From an uncultured Bacilli bacterium (lineage in GTDB: Bacteria; Bacillota_I; Bacilli_A; RF39; UBA660): DNA of 64,000 nucleotides. The notes under the pieces were generated by a model that was not told where the DNA came from, did not search any database, and worked only from the letters and a program-made list of their open reading frames with translations. The position numbers and the translations under genes were made by a program. The stretch covers positions 5,358-69,357 of the forward strand of contig CALVYA010000006.1 of assembly GCA_944371905.1 (NCBI GenBank), given 5' to 3'. Each line of letters opens with the position of its first letter. Within the stretch, counting starts at the first letter, position 1. Shown here piece after piece: positions 39,387 to 51,795 of this stretch.

Positions 39387-41012
39387 TTATTTTATCTCTA
39401 TATCAACTGAATCAAACAGTTCATATATTTTATTATCAATAATTTCTTGATCTTTCCTAACTTCCTTTTTAGAATTATTATCAGTTAATACAATGTATTT
39501 ATCATCTATAATATTATATTTTTCATTATTATTCAATTTTTTTATATATTCAGTTCTTGCTTCATTCCATTCTGAATCTGAAATTGCTACTATATGATAG
39601 TTTAATTGCAAATAATCATTTAAAATCTTTTCTATTTTCTTATATTCTTCATTCAATTTATCTGCAAGGGACGAATAAAGATAATCTATAACTACATATT
39701 CATTACTTGCTACTACCGGAGATCCATCTAACAAATTACATATAATAGCACCATTTTCTTTATCAAAAGCATAATTTTTCAATTCTAACCATTTATTTTT
39801 TATATTATTTAAAAATTCTTTATTAGCATTAACAAAAGTATTATTGATTCTAATAGTTTTAAAATCGGCGTTTGAAAATTTATTTGTTTCTTTCAAATTT
39901 TCTTCTTTTACTATGGTATCATTTTCTAGTTTAATAGGATCAACACATTGCTCTTCTGTCTTTTTTTCAGAAAATATTTCCCGGGAAATATTTTCTATAT
40001 TATTCGCTATATCTAATAAACCCACTTCAAAAATTATTTTTTTACTAACAGAACTACTTTTCATTTTGTCATATATCTTGATCATTTCAGATAGTAAATC
40101 TTGCAATTCTTTATTTCTATCTTTCTTAATAAAAATTCTATCATCCAATTCTTTTATAATATCTTCTACTATATAAATTAAATCATAGTTATTTTGATAT
40201 AATGTATTCACTCGATCAATAGAATTGATAATATCTTTTGAAAGTATTAGATCAATCAGTGAAATAATCTCTTTTTTTGAAGGTTTATCACACACTGTTC
40301 TAACATCTTCCAATTCTATTTTGCTATTACAATAAGAATTAATTTTTTCTAATAAACTCAAAGCATCACGCATACATCCGTCAGAGGAAGAAATAATTTC
40401 ATCTATTGCTTCATTCGAAATTTCTATTTTTTCTTTATCACATATTTCTATAATTCTATTTTTCATATCGATAGAAGATATTTTTTTAAATTCTAGAACT
40501 TGACATCTAGACAATATAGTAGATGGTACTTTCTGAATCTCTGTTGTAGCTAATATAAATATAACATGAGATGGAGGCTCTTCTAATGTCTTTAACAAGG
40601 CATTAAAAGCGCCAATAGATAACATATGTACCTCATCAATAATATAAATTTTATATTTTAAAAAAGAAGGAACAATATTAATTTTACTTTTTAACTCTCT
40701 TATTTCATCGACTCCATTATTAGAAGCAGCATCAACTTCAATAATATCTACACATTCTTTTGACGAGGAATTAAGACACGAATCACATTGATTACAAGGA
40801 TTCAAATTGATTAAATTTTCACAATTAATTGTTCGAGCAAATATCTTAGCAATACTTGTTTTTCCAGTTCCCCTTGGTCCAGTAAATAAATATGCATGCG
40901 AAATATTATTATTATTAATAGCATTTTTTAAAATCGTAGTTATTACTTTCTGACCAGAAACTTCATCAAAATTAAAAGGTCTATATTTTCTATATATTGC
41001 TAGATGACTCAT
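39387..41012 (-). CDS. dnaX: DNA polymerase III gamma/tau
   Basis: YRKYRP, GPRGTGKT, DAASN, DEVH, SRC. Confidence 0.96.
   Translation of the reverse strand: MSHLAIYRKYRPFNFDEVSGQKVITTILKNAINNNNISHAYLFTGPRGTGKTSIAKIFARTINCENLINLNPCNQCDSCLNSSSKECVDIIEVDAASNNGVDEIRELKSKINIVPSFLKYKIYIIDEVHMLSIGAFNALLKTLEEPPSHVIFILATTEIQKVPSTILSRCQVLEFKKISSIDMKNRIIEICDKEKIEISNEAIDEIISSSDGCMRDALSLLEKINSYCNSKIELEDVRTVCDKPSKKEIISLIDLILSKDIINSIDRVNTLYQNNYDLIYIVEDIIKELDDRIFIKKDRNKELQDLLSEMIKIYDKMKSSSVSKKIIFEVGLLDIANNIENISREIFSEKKTEEQCVDPIKLENDTIVKEENLKETNKFSNADFKTIRINNTFVNANKEFLNNIKNKWLELKNYAFDKENGAIICNLLDGSPVVASNEYVVIDYLYSSLADKLNEEYKKIEKILNDYLQLNYHIVAISDSEWNEARTEYIKKLNNNEKYNIIDDKYIVLTDNNSKKEVRKDQEIIDNKIYELFDSVDIEIK
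39969..39996. promoter_or_regulatory. Noc-binding site (NBS) inside dnaX
   Basis: 28-bp perfect palindrome AGAAAATATTTCCCGGGAAATATTTTCT containing the NBS consensus ATTTCCCGGGAAAT. Confidence 0.85.
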
Positions 41013-41094
41013 TCAAATCCCTCCATAAATATTGTAACACAAATCACTAGTGCAATAAAGGTTTATTTTATGGTTATAATGATAAAACCTACGC

Positions 41095-41118
41095 AAAATA
41101 TTTCCCGGGAAATATTTT
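41095..41118. promoter_or_regulatory. Noc-binding site
   Basis: AAAATATTTCCCGGGAAATATTTT perfect palindrome. Confidence 0.88.
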
Positions 41119-41486
41119 ATCGAACAAAAATACGAACATTTTTATAAAAAAATAAAATACAATTTATAGAGAAAATATAAAAAATCTTTCAATCAAATGA
41201 AAATTTTTAAAAATGACATTTCTTATAAATTTAAAAGATATTATAGATAAAAAATAACAAACAAATCATTTGTTTAAACATATGTTTTTTTTTACTATTA
41301 ATCAATAACCTTAAGTCATACTTTATTGTATAAATATTATGATTATACATACAAAAATCAAAATTCTAAATGAATTTATTTTATTAATTCTTCCTATTTA
41401 ATATCTTGTATTTATTTTTATATTTTTTCACAATACAATTAAAATATTATCAATCATTTCATAAAATATTTTTATTATTAAACTAA

Positions 41487-41514
41487 ATAAAATATTTCCC
41501 GGGAAATATTTTAT
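41487..41514. promoter_or_regulatory. Noc-binding site
   Basis: ATAAAATATTTCCCGGGAAATATTTTAT perfect palindrome. Confidence 0.88.
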
Positions 41515-41587
41515 CAAACAAAAATACGTTCTTTTGTTTTGCTTTACCATTAACTTTGTTTAAACAAGATCTAACATTTAAAATTTT

Positions 41588-41603
41588 TGTTTCACGTGAA
41601 ACA
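41588..41603. promoter_or_regulatory. parS: parS site
   Basis: TGTTTCACGTGAAACA, exact consensus. Confidence 0.93.
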
Positions 41604-41748
41604 TAGTAGTTTTTAATATAGTTTTTTTAATTTACTGATATAAAATAACAATTATATTCTATATTTCAACAATTTCGTATTGTTAATTTATTTAAAAGTT
41701 TTCTATCACATCACTTTGGCTATTTTTTAATATGCAACCTTGCTTTAA

Positions 41749-41764
41749 CGTTTCACGTGAAACA
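41749..41764. promoter_or_regulatory. parS: parS site
   Basis: CGTTTCACGTGAAACA, one mismatch. Confidence 0.9.
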
Positions 41765-41853
41765 TCAAAATATTGTTATCTTTAATATATATTATTCTAC
41801 TAATTTATTTATATAAAGTAATAATTAAAATTTATATTTTAATAGTATTTACA

Positions 41854-41881
41854 AAAAAATATTTCCCGGGAAATATTTTTT
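41854..41881. promoter_or_regulatory. Noc-binding site
   Basis: AAAAAATATTTCCCGGGAAATATTTTTT perfect palindrome. Confidence 0.88.
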
Positions 41882-41915
41882 GTAATATTACTTTATTAGA
41901 TAATTTTATAAAAAA

Positions 41916-41931
41916 TGTTTCACGTGAAACA
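41916..41931. promoter_or_regulatory. parS: parS site
   Basis: TGTTTCACGTGAAACA, exact consensus. Confidence 0.93.
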
Positions 41932-41938
41932 TAATATA

Positions 41939-42388
41939 TTATCTTTTATTATTAAAAAATTTTTTTATAATACTTGAACATTCATCAGACATAATGCCTC
42001 TTTCTATTATAACTTGATGGTTATAGTTATTATTTTGTAATATTTGCTCTATTATTTTTCTGTTATCTGTAATATTTGAATCGCATCCATAAATAATTTT
42101 ACTTATTCTTGCCTGTTGAATAGCACTGGCACACATTGGACACGGTTCTAATGTTACATAAATAATGGTATCATTCAGTCTCCAATCTTTTAATTTTGCA
42201 CTTGCTTTTTCAATTGCAATTAATTCTGCATGACGTGTCACTAACTTTTCTTTATCTTTTTGATTATAAGCTGATGCAATTACTACATTATCTTTAACAA
42301 TTACAGCTCCTACTGGTATTTCATCTTCAATATCAGCAAATTTAGCTTGTTCTAAAGCTAATTTCATAAAATACTCGTTATTATACAT
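41939..42388 (-). CDS. tadA: tRNA adenosine deaminase
   Basis: EIPVGAV, HAE, TLEPCPMC; true start MYNNEY after GGAGTG. Confidence 0.92.
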   Translation of the reverse strand: MYNNEYFMKLALEQAKFADIEDEIPVGAVIVKDNVVIASAYNQKDKEKLVTRHAELIAIEKASAKLKDWRLNDTIIYVTLEPCPMCASAIQQARISKIIYGCDSNITDNRKIIEQILQNNNYNHQVIIERGIMSDECSSIIKKFFNNKR

Positions 42389-42407
42389 AATATCACTCCA
42401 TAAAAAA

Positions 42408-42482
42408 TAGCGCACATAAATAGGAATTGTTAAGGCTGCTATCTTCCGATCCTGACCTGGTTCCAATATATTTATTGCGCCA
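42408..42482 (-). ncRNA. ffs: Signal recognition particle RNA (small 4.5S type)
   Basis: Minus strand GCGCA...GAACCAGGTCAGGATCGGAAGATAGCAGC...TGCGC: domain IV with GGAA tetraloop and CAGG/AGCA loop, closing stem and U-tract. Confidence 0.85.
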
Positions 42483-42523
42483 TATATAGATTAATATATT
42501 TTTTTTATTTTTGCAAGTTTAAA

Positions 42524-44962
42524 TTATAAAGTTTCCTCAATTTCTTCTTCATGTTCGATTGTATTAGCTGTAGATACTTTTTGCTCTTCTTTTAAATTAA
42601 TTAAACGAACACCCTGTGTATTTCTACTTAATAACGATATCTGCTCAACAGCAATTCTTATTACAATACCATTATTAGTAATAATCATTACATCTTCATC
42701 TCCTGTTACAGATTTCAAAGTTACTATATTTCCATTTTTTTCGGTAACATTTAATGTTTTTACTCCTTTACTTCCCCTATGGGTTAAACGATATTCTTCA
42801 ATTGGGGTTCTTTTACCATAGCCATTTTCTGTTATTACTAATACTTGTGAGCATTCTTCAACTACTTCTGCTCCTACTACAATAGAATTATCACAATTAA
42901 TTCCTTTAACTCCTGAACTGCTTCTACCCATGATACGAACTTCTGATTCATGAAATCTTACTAATCTACCATCGCTAGTACCAATAATTATTTCATTATT
43001 ACCATTAGTCTTTCTAACAGAAATTAATTCATCATTATCTTTCAAAACGATTGCTTTTTTGCCATTATTTCTTATATTATCAAATTCTAATAAAGAAGTT
43101 CTCTTAACTAATCCTTTTTTTGTTATGAAAGCTAAATATTTAGTTTCTTCATTTTCATATTTAATAACAATCGTGGAGGTAATTTTTTCATCTTTTTCTA
43201 TTGGCAATAAATTAACAATAGGTAATCCTTTAGATTGACGATTAAATTCTGGTATTTCATAACCTTTCAATCTATAAACTTTTCCATAATTAGAGAATAA
43301 TAAGATATAATCATGAGTTTTCATAGGAAGAATTTTTTCTGGGAAATCCTCTTCGTTTGTACCCATACCCCTTATACCTACTCCTCCTCTATTTTGAGTT
43401 TTATAAGTATCCGCTGGCACTCTTTTAATATACCCCTTATTAGTTAACATAATTATCGAATCTTCCACAGGAATTAAAGATTCATCTTCTATATAATCAA
43501 TTGCTGAGAGATCAATTGTAGTTCTTCTATCATCACCATATTTATTCTTTATTTCTATTAATTCGTTTTTAATAATAGTTAAAATACGTTCTTCCTTTGA
43601 TAAAATATCAGTTAAATCAGCAATTAAAATCTCTAATTCTCTTAATTCAGATTCTATTTTATCTCTTTCTAAACCTGTTAATCTTCTAAGTCTCATTTCC
43701 AAAATAGCCTTAGCTTGAATTTCAGTTAAATTAAATCTAGATTGTAATTGCTTACATGCTTCATCATCATCAGTAGATTTTTTTAATAATTGTACTATTT
43801 CATCAATATTATCTAATGCTATTTTTAATCCTTCTAAAATATGTGCTCTTGATTTTGCTTTATCTAAATCAAATTGGGTTCGTCTTATAATGACAACTCT
43901 TTGATGTTCTATATATTTTTCAATCATATCCTTTAAAGATAAGATTCTAGGTTGTCCATCAACTAATGCTAAAAAATTGATTCCATAAGATGATTGCAGT
44001 GCAGTATGTTTGTATAAATTATTTAGAACTACATTTGGATTAGCATCACGTCTTAATTCAATAACAATCTTAATACCATTACGATTAGATTCATCTCTTA
44101 AATCGGTTATACCGTCTATTACTTTTTCCCTAACAAGCTCCGCTATACGGGTTATCATATTAGCTTTATTAACCATATAAGGAATTTCAGTTACAATTAT
44201 TTGGCTTTTTCCACCATGCATTTCTTCGATAGTTGCCCTAGATCTAATTGTTATTATTCCTTTACCGGTTTCATATGCCTTTTTGATTCCACTATTACCA
44301 AGAATTATAGCACCAGTTGGAAAATCAGGTCCTTTAATATATTGCATTAAATCCAAAACAGTTAAATCAGGATTATCAATAAGTGCAACGGTTGCATCGA
44401 TAACTTCTTTTAAATTATGAGGAGGAACATTCGTTGCCATACCAACAGCAATACCTGTCGAACCATTAACTAATAAATTAGGATACCTAGAAGGTAATAC
44501 AACTGGTTCTTTTTCTTCTCCATCATAATTCGGTGTAAAATCAACAGTATTTTTGTTCATATCGCGAACTAATTCCATACTTAATTTCGACATCCTAGCT
44601 TCAGTATAACGTTGTGCCGCAGCACCATCACCATCTATAGAACCAAAATTTCCATGACCATCTACAATCACATATCTATAGGAAAAATCTTGAGCCATTC
44701 TTACCAAAGCTTCATAAATACTTGAGTCACCATGAGGATGATATTTACCCATAACATCACCAGTAATACGTGCACACTTTTTATATGGTGAACTAGCTGT
44801 TGCACCTAATTCATTCATACCATATACAATACGTCTTTGAACAGGTTTTAAACCGTCTTTAACATCAGGTAATGCTCTTGATACAATAACACTCATTGCA
44901 TAATCAAGAAATGATTGTTGTATCTCTTCTGAAAAATGTAAATCTTTTAAACTATCTGCCAT
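42524..44962 (-). CDS. gyrA: DNA gyrase subunit A
   Basis: YHPHGDS, AAQRYTE, GyrA-box QNRGGVG. Confidence 0.97.
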   Translation of the reverse strand: MADSLKDLHFSEEIQQSFLDYAMSVIVSRALPDVKDGLKPVQRRIVYGMNELGATASSPYKKCARITGDVMGKYHPHGDSSIYEALVRMAQDFSYRYVIVDGHGNFGSIDGDGAAAQRYTEARMSKLSMELVRDMNKNTVDFTPNYDGEEKEPVVLPSRYPNLLVNGSTGIAVGMATNVPPHNLKEVIDATVALIDNPDLTVLDLMQYIKGPDFPTGAIILGNSGIKKAYETGKGIITIRSRATIEEMHGGKSQIIVTEIPYMVNKANMITRIAELVREKVIDGITDLRDESNRNGIKIVIELRRDANPNVVLNNLYKHTALQSSYGINFLALVDGQPRILSLKDMIEKYIEHQRVVIIRRTQFDLDKAKSRAHILEGLKIALDNIDEIVQLLKKSTDDDEACKQLQSRFNLTEIQAKAILEMRLRRLTGLERDKIESELRELEILIADLTDILSKEERILTIIKNELIEIKNKYGDDRRTTIDLSAIDYIEDESLIPVEDSIIMLTNKGYIKRVPADTYKTQNRGGVGIRGMGTNEEDFPEKILPMKTHDYILLFSNYGKVYRLKGYEIPEFNRQSKGLPIVNLLPIEKDEKITSTIVIKYENEETKYLAFITKKGLVKRTSLLEFDNIRNNGKKAIVLKDNDELISVRKTNGNNEIIIGTSDGRLVRFHESEVRIMGRSSSGVKGINCDNSIVVGAEVVEECSQVLVITENGYGKRTPIEEYRLTHRGSKGVKTLNVTEKNGNIVTLKSVTGDEDVMIITNNGIVIRIAVEQISLLSRNTQGVRLINLKEEQKVSTANTIEHEEEIEETL

Positions 44963-44974
44963 AATATCCCCCTC

Positions 44975-48011
<3,037 letters not shown>

Positions 48012-48080
48012 TTAAATCCCCTAAAAATGCCCATATAACCACCTTTACCTATAACCATAGTCCTCTATACATACATTTAT

Positions 48081-48089
48081 ATTATAGCA
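48081..48089 (-). promoter_or_regulatory. Extended -10 sigmaA promoter for recF-gyrB-gyrA
   Basis: Minus strand TGCTATAAT downstream of the comK terminator. Confidence 0.55.
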
Positions 48090-48104
48090 CATATTTTTTA
48101 AATA

Positions 48105-48132
48105 AAAAAGAAAAAAGAGGTCACCCTCTTTT
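48105..48132 (-). terminator. Intrinsic terminator after the comK-like gene
   Basis: AAAAGAGG-GTGA-CCTCTTTT followed by a U-tract. Confidence 0.7.
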
Positions 48133-48577
48133 ATTTTTTCGATATTCTTTTCGTTATCATAGCATCTAACATACCCGCTCTAAGTAATTGATTTTCAAAA
48201 GATAATTTAGAAATATCAAATTCTTTTTCTATGCCATTTTGAAATATCACTTTAGTATTATTACCTATTTTTTCTCTTTTTTTTACATAATTATGATTTA
48301 TCCAACAGCAATCTTCACTAGTATAAGATTTTGTCGGAAAAAAGATTATTTTTTCTGATTCTTCAATAAGAAGTGGTAATTTATAACTAAAATTTAATAT
48401 CTTCTGAGCAGCTTTAATTCTACCATCATATGTACTACCATAATACTCACAATTTTCTTCCATAATGTTAAAAGTAGAAGAAGGTATTAAATATTCTTTT
48501 GTTAATTCTATTACTTTCGTATTTTCTGAATCGATTGGTATTAATGCTATAGTTTCATCATTAATCTCATATGTCAT
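48131..48577 (-). CDS. comK: ComK-family competence transcription factor
   Basis: YEINDETIALIP, CEYYGSTYDGR, KLPLLI, IFFPTKS, CCWIN match the ComK family pattern. Confidence 0.82.
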   Translation of the reverse strand: MTYEINDETIALIPIDSENTKVIELTKEYLIPSSTFNIMEENCEYYGSTYDGRIKAAQKILNFSYKLPLLIEESEKIIFFPTKSYTSEDCCWINHNYVKKREKIGNNTKVIFQNGIEKEFDISKLSFENQLLRAGMLDAMITKRISKK

Positions 48578-48642
48578 AAAGTATCCCCCCATTTCTAATT
48601 TTTTGTAATTTAAATTACGGGGATTATTATAATTATATTTAT

Positions 48643-48669
48643 TGTCGAATTATGTCGAAATATGACGAA
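48643..48669. promoter_or_regulatory. Three tandem Spo0A boxes in the comK promoter region
   Basis: TGTCGAA (48643), TGTCGAA (48653), TGACGAA (48663); consensus TGNCGAA. Confidence 0.8.
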
Positions 48670-48681
48670 TTTTGCATTTTT

Positions 48682-49803
48682 TTAATAAGTTCTTATAGGT
48701 AATACTAGTTGTTCAAGTGTATCATCTTCTTTTCCACGAATAATAATTGGTTTTATTTCTCCAAATAATGATATCTTAGCATAACTAGTTTCAAAAGATT
48801 TTAATGCATCCATCATATATTTAGCACTAAATGAAATCTTGATTTCTTGATCATTATCTTTTTCAATTTTCATTTTTTCTTCTACTCTACCTATTTCAGC
48901 AGAGGAAGATTTTACTAATAATGTATCTCCATTAACTTCAAAAGTAACAACATTTTTTTCCTTATCAGAAGTTAAAATACTAGCTCTATCTATAACATTA
49001 TATAATTCGTCCAAATTAGCTGTAAAACTTAAAATAGGATCTGTTGGCCATAAATTTGATGTATTTGGATAATTTCCATTAATTAATCGTGATTGAAATA
49101 ATAGATTATTATATTTAAACAATATTTTATTATTAAATATATGCATTTCTATATTATCCTCACCAAAATCTAATATTTTATTAAATTCTATTAAATTTTT
49201 ACTAGGTACTACAAAATTATAATTCTCTTCGGCTATTTTATCTAAATTTATTGTTTTTTTAGCCAAACGATAAGAATCTGTAGCATTACATTCCAATAAA
49301 TCCCCTACTATTTTAAAATTAATTCCTGTTAAAACAGGTCTTGATTCATCTGCTGATGTGGCAAATGAAGTTTGATTAATAAGACTGTGGAAAATTTTAT
49401 TATTAATATATATTATTTTTTTACTTTCTTCTAATGAAATATTAGGATATTCATTTTTGTTAATACCATTTAAATTAAATTCACTATTTTCAGTGTATAT
49501 AATTATTTTTAATTCATCTATTACTTCAATATTAATAAATTCGTCAGGTAACTTTCTTACAATATCTAATATGTACTTACCTTGAATAATAATACTACCT
49601 TCTTTTTCTATAGTCATATCTTCGTTTGTTGGTATAAATGTTTGAATAGTAATATCATTATCTGAAGCTGTTAATGTTAATCCGTTACTATTTAATTCGA
49701 ATTTAATTCCAGATAAAATGGGAATTAAGTTTTTAGTAGATATAGCTTTTGATACTTTGTTTAAACTTTCTAACAATATTTCTTTTTTAATTTTTAATTT
49801 CAT
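48682..49803 (-). CDS. dnaN: DNA polymerase III beta clamp
   Basis: PILSGI, SRPVLTG, ATDSYRLA, LVLPIR. Confidence 0.97.
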   Translation of the reverse strand: MKLKIKKEILLESLNKVSKAISTKNLIPILSGIKFELNSNGLTLTASDNDITIQTFIPTNEDMTIEKEGSIIIQGKYILDIVRKLPDEFINIEVIDELKIIIYTENSEFNLNGINKNEYPNISLEESKKIIYINNKIFHSLINQTSFATSADESRPVLTGINFKIVGDLLECNATDSYRLAKKTINLDKIAEENYNFVVPSKNLIEFNKILDFGEDNIEMHIFNNKILFKYNNLLFQSRLINGNYPNTSNLWPTDPILSFTANLDELYNVIDRASILTSDKEKNVVTFEVNGDTLLVKSSSAEIGRVEEKMKIEKDNDQEIKISFSAKYMMDALKSFETSYAKISLFGEIKPIIIRGKEDDTLEQLVLPIRTY

Positions 49804-49928
49804 ATTTATTCCTTCTTTCTTTATTATTATTTTTATTATTAGAGTGGAAATTGTTGAAAACTTATTTTTTCTCTAATATACAAATGATTTTATAAATTTA
49901 TCCTGTGGAAAAATAGTTGATAAGTGAA
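49804..49928. other. oriC, dnaA-dnaN part (probable unwinding region)
   Basis: DnaA-box-like TGTTGAAAA (49852), TGTGGAAAA (49904) and AGTTGATAA (49915), next to (TTA)n DnaA-trio-like repeats at about 49821-49841. Confidence 0.75.
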
Positions 49929-51308
49929 TTATTTAATCTCTTTTTCTAGTATTTCTATAGTTTTAGACAAATCTTTATTTATTGAAATTTCTCTTTCAAT
50001 TTTTTCACAGGAATGCATTACTGTTGAGTGATCTTTTCCTCCAAATTCAATTCCAATTTTAGGAAAAGATTCGTCTGTTAATTTTCTACATAAGTACATA
50101 GCAATTTGTCGTGGAAATGATATATTAGAATTTCTTTTTTTAGATTTTAAATCATCAATAGATATTTTAAAATATTCTGCTACTACCTTTTGTATTTTGT
50201 TGATATCATTTTTTTCACTTATGCCTTTATTAATATAGTCTTTTAAAGCTTCCATTGCAAGATTTAAATCAATTTCTGCTCCCATAATGGTCGAATATGC
50301 AACTAATCTTGTAACAGAACCTTCCAGCATCCTAATATCACTACCTAAATTGGAAGCCATATATTCAATAACTTGCTCTGGAATATATTTATTAATAGCT
50401 TCCCCAGCAATTCTTTTTTTCAAAATAGCAACTCTAAGTTCAAAATCTGGGGGATATATATCAACAGGTAATCCCCAACAAAATCTCGTTCTTAAGCGAT
50501 CTTCTAGTATTTTTAAATCATCGGGAGAACGATCAGAAGAAATTATTATTTGTTTGTTATCACCATACAAATTATTAAATGTGTGAAAAAATTCTTTTTG
50601 TGTTTCTGTTGCACCACCTAAATATTGAATGTCGTCAATGATGAGAACATCAATATTTCTATACTTTTGCTTAAAGAAGTCAACATAACTAAAATTCGTT
50701 CCAGATTCATCTTTCTTATTAATTCCAATAAAATCAGATACAAATTGTTCACTAGTTACATATAAAACTTTTTTATCAGAGTTTTTAGTAATATAATTTC
50801 CTATTGCATGCATTAAATGAGTTTTACCCAGTCCACTGTTTCCATAAATAAATAACGGATTATACATTTTTCCAGGATTTTCCGCAACTGCAAGAGCAGC
50901 TGCATGAGCAAATTTATTACTATTTCCTACAATAAAATTATCAAAAGTATATTTTGAATTTAAGTTTGTATTTAAATATAAATGTTCATTATTATATAAA
51001 CTGTTACTGGTATTTTCCACATGATTGTGAATATTATTTTCTTCTTGAAATTCATCTTCAATGTCTTCTTTTAATAATAATTCAATTTCTATATTTTTTC
51101 CCGTTAATTCTAAAAATGAGTTTTGTAACATTTCCTTATAATTTAATAGGATATGATTTTTATGAATAGCATAAGGAACAATAATTCTAGCAGTTCCATT
51201 TTTTATGTCATACAATTCTGTTTCTTCAAACCAAGTTTGGAAGGACAATGAATTTATTTCTGATTTAATTTTTTCTAAAATGTTAGACCATAAAACAGAT
51301 GTATTCAT
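49929..51308 (-). CDS. dnaA: Chromosomal replication initiator
   Basis: NPLFIYGNSGLGKTHL, IDDIQ, RQIAMYL, GGKDHSTV. Confidence 0.98.
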   Translation of the reverse strand: MNTSVLWSNILEKIKSEINSLSFQTWFEETELYDIKNGTARIIVPYAIHKNHILLNYKEMLQNSFLELTGKNIEIELLLKEDIEDEFQEENNIHNHVENTSNSLYNNEHLYLNTNLNSKYTFDNFIVGNSNKFAHAAALAVAENPGKMYNPLFIYGNSGLGKTHLMHAIGNYITKNSDKKVLYVTSEQFVSDFIGINKKDESGTNFSYVDFFKQKYRNIDVLIIDDIQYLGGATETQKEFFHTFNNLYGDNKQIIISSDRSPDDLKILEDRLRTRFCWGLPVDIYPPDFELRVAILKKRIAGEAINKYIPEQVIEYMASNLGSDIRMLEGSVTRLVAYSTIMGAEIDLNLAMEALKDYINKGISEKNDINKIQKVVAEYFKISIDDLKSKKRNSNISFPRQIAMYLCRKLTDESFPKIGIEFGGKDHSTVMHSCEKIEREISINKDLSKTIEILEKEIK

Positions 51309-51339
51309 CCTTATCACTCCCCCCATTAATACGAATAAT

Positions 51340-51560
51340 TAATACAAATTCATTTTAACTTATCCTGTTGAAAAAATAAAGTAAAAACCGTAAAAAAAAG
51401 ATATCAACAAGTAATCAACAGAGTTTTCAACAAAAAATGTGCATAAATAATAAGAAAAAAATTACTTTTTCACATTTTCCACAAATTTTTATTCATAACT
51501 ATGAATAATGTTATCCACAAGTATGTTAATTTTGTTGATAACTATTTTTAAAATGAATTG
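51340..51560. other. oriC, rpmH-dnaA DnaA-box cluster
   Basis: Perfect TTATCCACA (51511) plus TTTTCAACA, TGTGCATAA, TTTTCCACA and TGTTGATAA; gene orientation switches here. Confidence 0.85.
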
Positions 51561-51617
51561 ACAAATATGATAATTCTTTATTATAATAGGGTAGATTTTA
51601 GTTTGGAGGTGGAATGA

Positions 51618-51737
51618 ATGAAAAGGACTTATCAACCAAATAATAGAAAAAAAGCTAAAAAGCAAGGATTTTTTGCTAGAATGGAAACAGATATTATTAA
51701 TAAAAGAAGAAAAAAAGGACGTAAAAAACTTGTATAA
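51618..51737 (+). CDS. rpmH: 50S ribosomal protein L34, 39 aa (missing from the ORF track)
   Basis: [39 protein letters not shown]; GGAGGT RBS. Confidence 0.93.
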   Translation: MKRTYQPNNRKKAKKQGFFARMETDIINKRRKKGRKKLV

Positions 51738-51795
51738 ATAGTTCCACTGGTAACAGTGGCTTTTTTGTTATATACTGTGTATGGAGATGTGTGTT

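Noticed and set aside
39387-41012. Programmed frameshift in dnaX
   Set aside because: A-runs are ubiquitous in this AT-rich sequence and I could not identify a specific slippery site with a stimulator; the internal palindrome is better explained as an NBS.
41121-41137. LexA (Cheo) box-like CGAAC sequences
   Set aside because: They do not form GAAC-N4-GTTC; orientation and spacing are wrong.
41095-41931. CRISPR array or MITE interpretation of the repeated palindromes
   Set aside because: Spacing is irregular (tens to hundreds of bp), two different motifs are present, no cas or transposase gene is nearby, and the motifs match the known NBS and parS consensuses.
42389-42466. N-terminal extension of TadA in the ORF track
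   Set aside because: It overlaps the SRP RNA; a better ATG with an RBS is at 42388.
48578-48681. ComK K-boxes (AAAA-N5-TTTT) upstream of comK
   Set aside because: No convincing paired boxes, and the motif is uninformative at this AT content.
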